Positions 24,948 to 38,800 of a stretch of 64,000 bases of DNA are shown here, one piece after another (the first letter of the stretch is position 1; each line of letters opens with the position of its first letter). Source of the stretch: an uncultured virus (IMG/VR IMGVR_UViG_3300029319_000023) (Duplodnaviria > Heunggongvirae > Uroviricota > Caudoviricetes). Made by a program: the position numbers and the translations under genes. The notes below the pieces were generated by a model that worked only from the letters and a program-made list of their open reading frames with translations, had not been told where the DNA came from and ran no database searches. The stretch is taken from the IMG/VR virus record IMGVR_UViG_3300029319_000023. One strand, 5' to 3'.

Positions 24948-26839
24948 TGCCATCTAACAAGTTTACAAATTTAGACTATGAGGATATCAAATCCTCGATT
25001 AAAGACTACCTAAGAGCGAATACCGACTTTACTGGTTTTGACTATGAAGGGTCAAATATGTCGGTTCTTATCGATACATTAGCATATAATACGTATCAGA
25101 CTGCATTTAACACCAATATGGTCGTTAATGAGTCATTTATTGACTCTGCAACTCTTAGAGAGAACGTTGTTTCGCTTGCTAGAAATATTGGTTATGTTCC
25201 TAGGTCAAGAACTGCTGCAAAAGGTACTGTAAGTCTTAGTGTTACTGATTCAACTGGTGTTATTAACGGAAATACACTGACTTTAAGGAAAGGTTTAGTT
25301 TGTACTGGTGATTCTTCTGGAACAACCTATGCTTTTGCCATTCCAGAGGATAGAACAGTGGCAGTTGTGAATGGAGTTGCTGATTTTGGGCAGTTTGAGG
25401 TATATGAAGGAACATTATTATCAAAAGCATTTACAGTTAGTGGTCATAGTGAGCAAAAGTTCATTTTAGATAATCCATTCATTGATACATCGACTATTAG
25501 AAGCATTGTTTTTAGACCTGGTGAGATTGGAGATGGTAGAAGGTATAGATTAGTTGATAATATCGTTAAAATTACTAAAGACTCTGAAGTTTTCCTACTT
25601 CAGGAGATTGAAGATGAAAAATATGAAATTCTCTTTGGTGATGGATTCTTTGGTAAGAAATTAGATCCAAATACTGATGTTAGGGTAGATTATATTGTAA
25701 CTGAGGGTAGAGAAGGAAATGGTGCTCGTAATTTCTCATTTGGTGGAGATTTTTATGATGGTTTGAATGTAAGTGTGAATCAGAGCAACCTAACTATCAC
25801 TTTAACTACCATTCAACCCGCTCAGAATGGTGATGAGATCGAATCTATTAACTCAGTTAAGTATTATGCTCCTAGGTTATATTCATCGCAGTACAGGGCG
25901 GTTTCTGCGACTGATTATGAAGCAATAATTCAACAAATTTACCCTGATACTGAGAGTGTTTCAGTAGTTGGTGGTGAAGAATTAGACCCACCACAATTTG
26001 GAAATGTTATAATTAGTATTAAACCAAGAAATGCTAACTTTATTTCTGACTTTACTAAACAGCAAATTTCAACTGAGTTAAAGAAATTTGCTCTTGCAGG
26101 AATTAACCAACAGTTAGTTGATCTACAAATATTAACAGTTGAATATGATTGTTTTGTATATTACAACAGTAATATATTCAATGATGTATCTACTCTTCAA
26201 ACAAGAGTCAGTAACTCTATTCAAAAGTATGCTAATTCCTTAGATCTCAATAAATTCGGTGGAAGATTCAAGTATAGTAAGTTCGTTAATATTGTCGATG
26301 ATTCTGATAGATCGATTACTTCAAATATCACAAGAATCCAAATGAGAAGAGACCTTCGTGCAGAAATTAACGTTACGAGTCAATATGAATTATGTTATGG
26401 TAACCAATTCCACGTTAATTTAGAAGGTAGGAACATTAAATCTACTGCTTTTACTATCAGAGGAGAAAGTGCACCTGTTTACTTTAGTGATGAACCAGAT
26501 GGTAGTACAACTTCAGGAAGATTAACTATTGTTAGCGTAGATAGTAATGGTGAAGTTGTTACTATAGACGGTAATGCAGGTACAGTTGATTATATGCACG
26601 GAGAAATCCTTATTAACTCAATTTTCATCACTGGAACTGCTTTAAGTCAAAATATTATTGAAATACAGGCAACTCCAGAGTCCAATGATGTCATAGGATT
26701 AAAAGATTTGTACCTCAATGTTGACTTGTCAAAAAGTACGATAAATATGATTAAAGATACGATTAGTTCAGGAGATCAGATTTCTGGAGTATCATATCCA
26801 ACTTCTTCTAGCTACACTAACGGATCACTCACCAGATAG
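24947..26839 (+). CDS. gp6: Baseplate wedge subunit gp6
   Basis: LDYEDIK...DYEGSNMSVLIDTLAYNT...DSATLRENVVSLARNIGYVPRS; RAVSATDY. Confidence 0.95.
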   Translation: MPSNKFTNLDYEDIKSSIKDYLRANTDFTGFDYEGSNMSVLIDTLAYNTYQTAFNTNMVVNESFIDSATLRENVVSLARNIGYVPRSRTAAKGTVSLSVTDSTGVINGNTLTLRKGLVCTGDSSGTTYAFAIPEDRTVAVVNGVADFGQFEVYEGTLLSKAFTVSGHSEQKFILDNPFIDTSTIRSIVFRPGEIGDGRRYRLVDNIVKITKDSEVFLLQEIEDEKYEILFGDGFFGKKLDPNTDVRVDYIVTEGREGNGARNFSFGGDFYDGLNVSVNQSNLTITLTTIQPAQNGDEIESINSVKYYAPRLYSSQYRAVSATDYEAIIQQIYPDTESVSVVGGEELDPPQFGNVIISIKPRNANFISDFTKQQISTELKKFALAGINQQLVDLQILTVEYDCFVYYNSNIFNDVSTLQTRVSNSIQKYANSLDLNKFGGRFKYSKFVNIVDDSDRSITSNITRIQMRRDLRAEINVTSQYELCYGNQFHVNLEGRNIKSTAFTIRGESAPVYFSDEPDGSTTSGRLTIVSVDSNGEVVTIDGNAGTVDYMHGEILINSIFITGTALSQNIIEIQATPESNDVIGLKDLYLNVDLSKSTINMIKDTISSGDQISGVSYPTSSSYTNGSLTR

Positions 26840-26841
26840 AA

Positions 26842-29800
26842 ATGATAAACAAGAGAGTTAAAATCAAGGACGTTATTGAGAGCCAACTTCCTAGATTTGT
26901 ATTAGAAGATAACCCAAAATTCGCCGATTTTCTAAGACAGTACTACATTTCTCAAGAATTTCAAGGTGGTTCGATTGACCTTGCGGAAAATTTAGATCAA
27001 TATATTAAATTAGACAATCTGATTGATAATGTAATCAATCCAGACATTATTTTAGAGAGAGAATGTACAGCAACATCTAGTGAGATTGTATTGTCTAGTT
27101 CTGAGGGATTGCCTGATGAATATGGTTTAATAAAGATTAATGATGAGATCCTCACATATACTGAACTAGATGGTAACACTATTAAGGGTTGTATTAGAGG
27201 TTTTAGTGGTATTTCAAAATATAGAGATGAAAATAACCCTGAAGAGTTAGTTTTTGAGTCTACAGATGCATCTGCTCATACTTCAGGAGTTCTTGTATTT
27301 GATACAACTGGATATGCTGCTGCCGATTACTATTATCAGAGTGCCACCATCACTAAGATGTTTGGTATTATTCGTGTTAGGGCAAGAGGAACTAGTGGTA
27401 GAAGCACTCCTACTACATTCAGATTAGGTATCACGAATATTGATAATGATTTTTACCAATTAAGTAATGCTAATAGAGATGTAAATACAAATGATTTAAC
27501 CAATCTTGGTATTGATTCTTTAGGTTTAAATCAAACTATTGTCATTGATGAAGGTGATACAATTGAATTTATTGTAAATGCACAGGGATTTCCTGTTTGG
27601 ATTCAAAATATAGGTAATGGATATGATACAACTGCAGTTTTAACAACTGGAGTTACTAATGGTGGAGCAAGTACAACTACAGCAGTTCAAAATCTTAGTG
27701 TAGAATTTTTAAAAGAGTATTATATTAAATTAAAAGAACTATATGCTCCTGGTTTTGAAGATAGAACCTTAAATTCAGGTATTAATGTAGGAAATTTCCT
27801 TAAAAACGTAAATTCTTTCTACAAAACAAAAGGAACAAGAGAATCATTCAGAATTTTATTCAATGTTCTTTATGGTAAAAAGGTTCAAGTAGTTGACCTT
27901 GAAGATTTTGTTGTAAAATCATCTACTTCTGATTACTTAAGAAGAGCAATTGTTGTTGTAAGTGCAATTAGTGGAAATCCTTTACTACTTACTGGTCAAA
28001 CTCTTTATCAAGATGCAGACCCAACTAACCCAGACGTTCAACCTGCATCTGGTCCTATTTCTGAAGTAGAAATTTTTACTCGTCAGGGTGAAGAGTTTTA
28101 TAAAATTCCGCTTTTTGTTGGATATAACGAACAATCTTTGGTCTCTGGTTCATTCTTTGTTCCAGGTTTTACTAAAAATACTTTACTTGCTTCTGCTAAT
28201 ACCAGAGTTATTAACGTAGATAGTACAGTTGGTTTCTCTAGGAGTGGTTCATTCTATATTGATTCCCTTGGAATTACTGTAACTTATACTGATAAAAACC
28301 TAACTCAATTTTTAGGTTGTTCTGGTTTAACATCTGATCTACCAGTTGGAAGCGAAGTCAGATCTACAGTTATTGCATATGGTTATGAGGAAGGAGATTC
28401 TACCAGAAAGGTAGAAATGAGAATCACTGGAGTTCTTGGAGAGTTTGAGGCTCAAGGAAGTAATTACTATCTTGATGTTGGTAATGAAATTTACATCAAG
28501 AGTATTGGTGAAAATATTGCTCCACCAGCAGATCCATTAACTTTACCGACTTACAAACAAAGAATTTTTAACTCTTGGATCTATAATATTGCAACAAGAT
28601 ATGAAGTATCTGAAATTACTGGTTCTACAGTTTCTATTTCAGATAAGTTTGATAAGAGTAATCTAAGAACAGGAGATTCTGTAGATATTCTTGCTAGAGG
28701 AACAAATACAATTACAACAACTGCTGTTGTAACTGTTATCGATAATAATACTGTACAATTATCTAATACAACAGGAATTACTACTGATAGAAATTGGGAT
28801 ATTAGAAGAGTAATTAGTAGGGCAACTTCTAGTAATAATTTGATTGAATTTGGAAATCAAACAATTATTTCCAATATTCAAAATGCATATGTTACTAAAG
28901 ACAAAGTTAATGAGTCCATGTACGTTGCGACTCAAGGTTTACCTTCTTTCTCATTTAGTGTTGATAGAGTTTTTGTAGATTTTAATGGACAAGATGTTGG
29001 TATTGGTCAAATCGATCAATTAGTATCATTCCAGACAAATTTACCCTTTGTTACAGGTGATGAAATTGTATATGAGGCATTATCTGGATCTACTGTTCTA
29101 GAGGGATTAGAAAGTGGTAAAAGATACTTTATTTGGGTAAATCCAGCTGCTAATAATCAATTAAAACTAGCAAATGCTAGATCTTTTATTGAAGTTAGTA
29201 AATTTATTGATTTAAAGCAAGGAACAGGTACACATAGACTAACTCTTGCTTCTCAGTATGGAAAGCAAATACAACCTCAAAAAATTCTAAGGCAATTCCC
29301 ACTAAAACCAAGTGTTTCTTCAGGTCTTGCTCAAACTACTACCTATGGTCCAACAGGAATGTTGATCAATGGTATTGAAATACTAAACTATAAATCAAAT
29401 GATTATTTGTATTATGGTCCTCTTCAGTCTGTTGAATTAGTTAGTGGTGGTACTGATTATGATGTTATTAATCCACCTAAAATTGAAGTATCTAATCCTG
29501 GAGCTGGTGGAACAGTTGCTGTAATTAATCCTGTTCTTAGTGGATCTCTAAAGTCTTTATATCTCGAAAATAGAGAGTCTTATGATATTGACCAAGTTTT
29601 TGGTATCAATATTGAAGGTGGTAATGGAGAAGGTGCTAGTGGTGAAATTACATTATCTCAAGATTATACAGAAGCAAATTTTAATGCTAAAAATATTTTA
29701 GCAAATGGTGGTGTTGATATTCCTGGTAATACACTTACTTTCGTTGGTGCTCATAATTTTAAAACAGGACAGAAAATTGTTTATAATTCAAATGGAAACC

Positions 29801-32800
29801 AACCATTAGGTGTTGCACTTACATTAGGTTCTGATGATATTACCCAATATGATCCTGAAAGTACTTTACAAAATGGTGTTACATATTTTGCCAATGTAAT
29901 TAACACGACTACTATTAAACTTCATGAAACAGAAGATGATGCTAATGCAGGTGTTGCTACTGTTGGTATCACAACTTTCAACACTTTAGGTATTCATAAG
30001 TTTAGATCTTTTGATTTTAAAAATAAAATTCAAAATATTTCTGTTGTTACTGAAGGTTCCGATTATACAAAAAGAACTTATGAAATTAAAACAACTGGTA
30101 TCAGTACAGGAACTAATTGTTTCATTGTAAAAAATCATGGTTTCCAAAACAATGAAGATGTAATTTATCAAGCAACTAATTCTATTCCTGAATTAACCAC
30201 AGATACAAATTATAGAATTATTCGTATAAGTGCAGATGAGTTTAGACTAGCTCTTTCTGAAACTGATGTTACTAGAGGCAGATATATTTTCCTTAGCGAT
30301 GTTGGTAGTGGTATTCATACTGTTAAATATCCAGATATTACTGCTAATATTGTAGCATCTATTGGTGGAACAACAGTATCTATTCCTTGCGAACCAGATG
30401 TAAGGGGTGAAATCATTGGTGCATATCTATCTGAACCTGGATCAGATTATGGTTCTAAGGTATTAAACTTTGAAAAACCACCTCTAATTACAGTTTCAAG
30501 TGGTAGTGGAGCACAATTCCAACCATTGATTAGTAATGGAATTATTACACAGGTTCAAATTATCGGTGCAGGTTCAAATTATACTTCTGCTCCAGATTTA
30601 ACAGTTGTAGGTCCTACAGGTTCTGGTGCCCAATTAAAGGCAAAACTCAATGCATCAGGTAAAGTTGCTACAGTTGAGGTAATTTCTGGTGGTATAGGAT
30701 ATGACGCAGAAGATACAGCTATTGTTGTAAGGTCTGTAGGACAGTCTGGTATTATTGAATCGACAGTAAGACCTTTGACTGTAAACTTACATGAAAAGTA
30801 TTCAACAGATGATTTCTTAAATGCTGAGACTCAATATCCAATTCAATATGCATCTTTAGCATATTCACAAGATCTTCAAACTGATTTTGGAGATACTCTT
30901 GCACAAAGATCTCCTATTATTGGTTGGGCATATGATGGAAACCCAATTTTTGGTCCTTTTGCAACAAGAGATCCAAAACAAAATACAGGTATCACAACAT
31001 ATGTTCGTTCTGGATACCAATTAGCAAGTCATTTAGTTCCAAATAGACCAGATCCAGGAGAATATCCTGCTGGTTTCTTTGTTGAAGATTATAAGTTCAT
31101 GGGAACTGGTGATCTTGACGTTCATAATGGTAGATGGTTTGTTTCTGACGATTTCCCTGATGGAATTTATGGATACGTTGCTACCCTCGAAATTGACCCT
31201 GGAACAGGTTTACCAAGAGCATCCTTCCCATATTATATCGGAGACACTTACATCGCTCCTAAAGCGTCTCAGTCGATCTCTCAGGACGATGATATCAATG
31301 CGTTAGATCTTAGTAGGAATACTTATCCTTACAGATTAAAGAGTAATAGTGCTAGTTACGATTTTGTTATTGAAGCTGATGAATTAGTTGGACAAGAAGG
31401 TGTCATTGATTCTGTTTTGACTGGCGGTGTTGAACAGTTAGAAATTGTTGAAGGTGGTGATCTTTATAAAGTTGGAGATGTTTTAGAATTTGATGAAGAA
31501 GGAACTGGTGGTAATGGAGTATCTGCACAAGTTTCTTTCGTTAAAGGTAAGAGCGTTACTGATTTACAAAGTACTAATGTTCAATTTGATGAAGTAACTT
31601 TCCAAAAAACAGCTGATTCAGAAATTACAGGAATTATTCAACCAAATCATGATTTTAATAATGGAGAGGTTATTGAAATCTTTAACACAAATACTGATGT
31701 TAAAGGTCTTCAAGGATTCCATGTAGTTGGTGTTGCATCAGAAAGAGCTATACTTTTAGATCCAGTTAAAGCGGGAGCGGTTGGTGTTATAACTGATCTT
31801 ATTGTAAGTAGAATTCCACAAAATGTAAGTGGTGGATCTAGTATTAAATTTAGTGATGGTGAAGTTGCTAAAGTCTTAAATGTAATTGAAAGTAAAAATT
31901 TACTACGTATTGAGAGAACAGGTATTGCATCATTTAGTGCTTCTGGTACTATCAGTTATCTGCAAGATAGATTTACTATTGACAGTGATGCTCCACAATT
32001 CGTATCTGAATTCTTCCCTAAAAAATTCTTTAATCCAAAACAAACAGTTGGTGTAGGTACAACTGTAGGAAATTATGAAACTCTTAATTATACAGAAAAT
32101 AATATTGCCCAAACTAGAGTAGTTGAGCATAAATCTATTTTCTTAAATAAACATCCTTTCTTAGATGGACAAAAAGCTTTATTTGTTAAGAAATCAGGTC
32201 AACTCTCTCTTGGTGTTGCCACTGCAATTGGTGTTGGAACAACAGCTACTCTAGTTACTGATTCTTTACCTAGATCAGGTGTTGAGCAAGAAGTTTATAT
32301 TGTATACAAATCAATCAATACAATTGGTATAAAAACTGAGAAAAATGGTGCTGAATTGTTCTTTACTAGCGATGGTAGTAATGATGATGGATATTTTGTT
32401 CAAGGTATTGGTACAGCAGTAAGAGGATCTGTATTACAACCAACTACAACAGTTACTACAACTCAAGCTCATGGGTTACAAGTAGGAGATACTATTAACT
32501 TTAACGTAATTGCAAATCAAGAAGTTGGTATTGGTACAAGTTCTAGAGTAAGATTAGAACTAAATTCTGAAGGTTTGGTTATTGTCGATTCTCAAGGCAT
32601 TTCTTCTGCTGGTGTCAATACATCAACTAATAGAATTTCTATTCAAGGTAATAATTTTAAAACAGGTGATAGAATTTACTATGAACCAAAATGTCCAGAA
32701 CCTATTGGTGGACTGAGTAGGGGTAGATATTACATTTACAGGGATTCTCCTGATAATTTCCGATTATGTGAAACGTATGAAGATGCTGTAGCAGATGTGC

Positions 32801-35800
32801 CTGTTATAGTTCCTTTAACAAGTATTGGTGGAACTGATCATAACTTTGGTTTAATTAATCCAAAAATAGAAATTCCTAGCAGATCTACTGCCGTATTTGA
32901 CTTACAAAACTATGAGTTAAATGGATATGATTTCAAAATTTATTATGACCAAGGATTTAATAGTGAATTTGTAGGAACTGGTCAAAGTACATTTGCTGAA
33001 GTTGGTGATGTTCTTGATGCAGAAGACCGTGTAATTAGTATTGGTAATACTTATGCTAGATTAGATGTTAATAATAATATCTTCTGTCCTAAGATTCTTT
33101 ATTATAATATTACTAAGGATGGAAAACCATTAATACCAGATAGTGATGTAAAAGAAAATAACACTATTAAGTATGTTAATAGTGCATATACTGGTAATTT
33201 TGCAATCACTGGTATCGGTAGTTCTGCAGTTGGAGTTGGTACTACCACATTCAGTTTTGCAATTGCAAAAACTCCAGAGCAAGTTTCTTATGCTGCAACT
33301 GAAGGTAGAAGGTTCTATTCTACAGCTGCCATTGGTCCAGAAGGTCCAATTGATAAAATTAATCTACTATCCAATGGAGAATTCTATACAAAACTACCAA
33401 GATTCTTGGGTGTTGAATCTGTAAAAGGTGATAACTCTACTATTAAACCAAAATCAACTAAAATTGGTCAAATTAATTCAATTCAGTTAGTAAATGAAGG
33501 ATTTAACTATTCTTCTGATAGTACTTTAAGACCAATTGTTGATGTTCCTACTGTTACTACTATTAGAGACTTTAATACTGTTGGTAACATTAGTATTTTG
33601 TCTAATGGTAAAAACTATATTTCTGCTCCTAAGTTAGAACTTGTCGATAGATTTGTAGGTACAAAAGTTGATGGTGCTAATATTGTTGCAAGAATTAATG
33701 AAAACTCAGGTTCTATTGTAGATACAGAAATTGCAGCGAATCCTGTAGGTCTACAAAATAGAGAATATAGGTTATATTCAGTTAATAATACAAATGGTAT
33801 TGTTATCACAAAATCAGAAGCTAACCCAACTAGAAGTGGTATTGTAACATTTACAATTTCTACTCCTGTTCTTGGGTTTAGTGCTCCACCATTTAAAGTT
33901 AATGATGAAGTTTGGATCGAAGGTTTTGAAAAAGATGCTGGTGCAGATGGTTACAACTCAGCGAATCATCAATACAATTTCTTAAAAGTTACTAATGTTG
34001 TAACAACTAACCCATTCTCCTTTACAGTTGATTATTCTGATTATACATTTAATGTTGGTTTAGGTGTTAGTGATACTCAAAACTTCTCTCGTGTTATTCC
34101 AAAAGATGAATTACCTACATTCAGGGTTGATTTAAAACAAGCTTCATTTGATAAAAATGAAAAATTAATTGTAAACAGTGAAGAGAGTGATTTACAAGTA
34201 ATTTCTTTTGATGCAACTGCTGAAAATATTAAGTTTGTTGGTACTTCTCCTATTGTTCCTGATGATATTATCATTGGAGCAAAGAGTGGTTCTCAAGCAA
34301 AAGTTGTAGAAATCTTAAGATTTGATGGTGTTTACAGCGTAGAAGCTGAGACAGATAAGACTATTGAAGGAACATCTGATTCTGGAAAATTAAATTCCAG
34401 TGGTCAAGTTATTCAAGATAACAATTATTATCAGAATCTTTCATATACACTTAAAACTGAAGTTTCTTATGAAGAGTGTATTGATGCGGTAAACAACAGT
34501 GTTCACCCAACAGGTCTTAAAAACTTTGTTGATAATCAGTTAGTAACTGTTGGTAAAAATGCAGGTATTCAAACTTCTACCACTGCTACTGATGCTACAG
34601 TAGATCTTGTTGAAGAAGTAAGAGTTGATGATCAATATTACTTTGATATAGGTAGAGATGTTAATATTGCAACTAGAAGTGAGGTAGAACTCAGTAATGA
34701 AATTGAATTAGAAAATGCAAAATTATCTGACTATTTTGAATCTATTACAAACAGAGTTCTAAACATTGACGATATTTCTAGTCAGTTTAGTAATATTAGT
34801 AATCCAAACACTTTGGATCTATTTGAAAATATTTACAGATATCCATTTAACTTTATCTCAAATAGATTCCTTGTTCAAATCACTAGTGAAGACCGTAGAG
34901 ATTTCCAAGTTTCTGAAATTACTATTCTTCAAGATGGAACTAATACTTACTATTCAGAACCAACCTTTAAGAAATTACATAGTACACCACAAGAGATCGG
35001 AACTCTTGAAGGTTCTGTAGATGTAGATAACTCACAGGTTCGTTTAAGATTTTATCCTGCTGATCCATTTGATAAGAACTATGATATTAAGGTTTTAAAC
35101 CAGTTCTATAATACTGAACCAACACTTACTGGTATCGGAACAACTGCATTTGGTTTTGCTGTTCTAATGGGTTCTGATGCTGAAATTGGACCTAACACAT
35201 CCAAATCTTTTGTTTCTGTTGCTGCAACAAACTTTGATTATCTACATTCTCAAGTTGAAGTAGAAACTGTGTCTGCTGGTCAAAAAGAGACCATGTTTGT
35301 TGAACTAAAAGCAATTCATGATGGAAATGATAGTTATATGTCTGAATATAATATTATTCTTTCTGATGGTTCTTTTGGTGGTACTAACGCAGGTGCATTT
35401 GGTACATTTGGAAGTACTTATGATCCTAGTGGTAATAACTTTAGTATTGAATTCTACAATGCTAGACCTGGTGAGTTTGTAAACTTAAAAGCAAGAACAT
35501 TAGGTTTCGGTAATACTGTTGGAACTACTAATAGAGACTATAGATTCTTAGCAACAGGAATGATTCCTGATAATGAAAGATCTGCTCAGTATTATACTGA
35601 GTATCAGAGTGTTGGTGTTGGATCTACTGCAAACTTTGCTGGTATTAAGAGTGATATTCAGTCCGTAAACCAGTGTACAATGGTTGTTGGATATGGAAGG
35701 ACATTCTCTGCCTTCCAGTACATGTTCTTGAATGACCAACTTGGTGATTCTCTATACTTCTCTGAATATCCCGTACTATCGGTCGGTAATACGACGGGTC

Positions 35801-38800
35801 TGGGAACGGTATTTGCCAAATATGATGGTGAAAAGGCAGTTCTTGTCTTTACACCTGAGGCAGGTATAACTGATAAAATGTCTATGAGGACATTTAATGA
35901 AGTCCTTTACTTAGAACTTGAAAGAAATACTGTAAATCCACTAGAATATGGAGCAGTTGTTGAAGAAACTTTCAATACTACTTACACTGGTTTGAATTTT
36001 AGAAATATCTTTGAATTCCCAATGTTGTGGAATGGATATCCAATTTTCTCTAAAACATTTAACCCTGCTAATACTTCTGCACTTAATCTTGCTACTGGTA
36101 AATTTAGGATTAAAAATCACTTCTTTGCAACTGGTCAAGAATTAAAATATATTCCTGGTGGAACATTTGTTGGTGTTGTCACAGCACCAATGACTCTTGC
36201 AAACGGAGATCCTCTACCATCTCCAGTTTATGCAATTAAAGATAATGAAGATGAGTTTAGAATTGGTCTTACTACAGCAGCTGCCATAGCAGGTATTGGA
36301 ACTACTTTAGGATCTGTTGGTGCAGGTAATCTTCATGAATTTGATACAACTGGTAAATTATCCAGATCTCTTATTGCGATTGACGGTCTTGTTCAGAAAC
36401 CACTTACTTGGGCACCAATTACTAGAACTCTAGAGAATAATACAACTCTTTCTGGGGGTGGAGTTCTTGGTCTTGGTAAAACTTCCACATTTATGGCAAT
36501 TTCAGGTATTTCATCTGTTATTCTTGGTGATATATTTGAAATTAATGATGAATTTGTACTTGTTGAAGCTGTTGGTGTAGGTACTACAAATACTGAAATT
36601 GATACTGCTGGTATTGGTACATTTAACTTATGTAAGATTCAACGTGGTTCAGTAGGAACAGCAGCATCATTCCATCCTAATGGTTCAATAATTCAAAAAT
36701 ACACTGGTTCTTATAGCTTCGCTAGAAATAATATCTTCTTCACTGGTGCTCCTAATGGTGGTAAATCTTCCGATGAAGCATCCACAACTGGTATTCCAGA
36801 AGCAGGATCTAGTTTCAATGGAAGAGTTTATTTGAGGAAAAATTATGATTCTAATAAGATCTTTGATGATATTTCTGGTCAGTTTACTGGTGTTGCGAAA
36901 ACATTTGCTCTTCAGTCTGAAGGTAAAAATATAACTGGTATTGGTAGTGAAGGTGGTTTTGGTATCTTCTTTGTGAACAATATGTTCCAAAAACCACAAA
37001 CTCCAAATAACTTTAATGCAAACCTATTCATTAGAGAACAAGGTGGTGCTACTGATCTAACTTTCACTGGTATTCTTAATGAAAGTGGAGATCCTATTGT
37101 TTCTGCAACAGATATTAACCAAAATGGTTTACCTAGAGGTGGTGTTGTTGTTACTTTAGGTTCTAGTGAAGGAAGAGGATTTGCAAATCTAGGTAATCCT
37201 TCTATTGGTGCTTCTATTAACCATGCAGGTGAAGTTTATAAGGTTCTGACTGCACCTACAACTCAAGGAATGAGTAGCATTACCAATTATGTCTACGATC
37301 ATACCATAGGACTTTCTACAGTTACCACTTCTACTGCTCATGGATTAGAAGCAGGTGATAGTATTGATTTTGTAGGTATTGGATTTACTTGTGTACCAAC
37401 TAAATCTGGAATTACTACTGGTGTCTTCCCATACACTAGAGGTCTTAAGAAGACTGTGGTTGACTTCCTCTATGATAATAAAACTGGAATGGCAACAGTA
37501 ACCACTCTAGAAAGATTTGGTATCTTAGAAGAAGGTGAGGAAGTATTCTTCAATGGTATTGGTTTCACATGTATTGGTCAAAAATATGCTCAAATCAGTC
37601 AGAAAGCTGGAATTACAACCACTCTCTTCCCTTGCAGAGCAGGTATTGCTAAGACTATTTCTGCCTTTAATTATGATAATACATCTGGTCTTGGTACTAT
37701 TACTTTGGCAACTCCTCACAGATATGAGGAAGGAGACAGAATTTATATTGAAGATCTCAACTTAAAATGTGGATATGGCGTTAATATTACTGATGCTCTA
37801 TATGATGCACCAACAGGTCTTACAACAATAACTACAGCATCTGCTCATAATTTCTCCAAAGGAGATAAGGTTAGATTGCAGGGTCTTGAATTCAGTTGTG
37901 CTGGATATGGAATAACATTTGCTATTTCTGCCTTTGAATATAATAATTCTACAGGTATTACTACGATTACAACTCCTAGTCCTCATGGAGCAAAACCTGG
38001 AGAACAGATAAAATTAACAGGTCTTGGATTTACATGTCCAAAAGTTAATGTTGGAACACCTATTGGATTTACTTATGAACCTTCAACTGGTCTTTCTACA
38101 GTCACATTTGCTTCTAATCATGGATTAACAAATGGTGATAAAATCTCCATTGGTGCAAGCAGTATCGTATTTACATGTACTTTAGATGGTGGTGCTACAA
38201 CTCATCCATATCCTCGTGCTACAGACTTTGCATATAATAAGTACCTACCAATTTCAGGTGTAACTACAAATTCATTCCAAGTTAATGTTGGAACTGGTGG
38301 TACAGGTACATTCCCACATACTTTTGTTAGTGCAACTACAAATGCGATTAAAACTCTTAACTATCTTGGCGTAACAACTTCAATATTCCCAGATGGTACA
38401 CAAGGAAGTCAATTCAGAGTTACTAAAGTTCTTTCTCCAACCAAGATTCTAACAAATGTTGGTATAACTTCTATTCCTCATGTTTACGATGCTGGTGGTG
38501 AAATACAGGTTGGTGTTACATCTCACATCTATCCTACTGGTAAATATGGATTTGAATTCATTGTTTCTAGCACACCAACCAAAAATAAGTTCAGAGTTAA
38601 TGTTGGACCTTCTACAATTGCTCACACTTATGTAAGTGGTGGTAATGCACTTCTTGGATTAAGTACAACCATATATCCATCAGCAGCATCAGGTATTGGT
38701 CATAGTATAACAGACTTTATCTACGATAATACTACAGGTCTTTCTACTGTTACTGTTGCAAGAAATTCTCTACCATTTGGATTAGGTGATAGAATTAACT

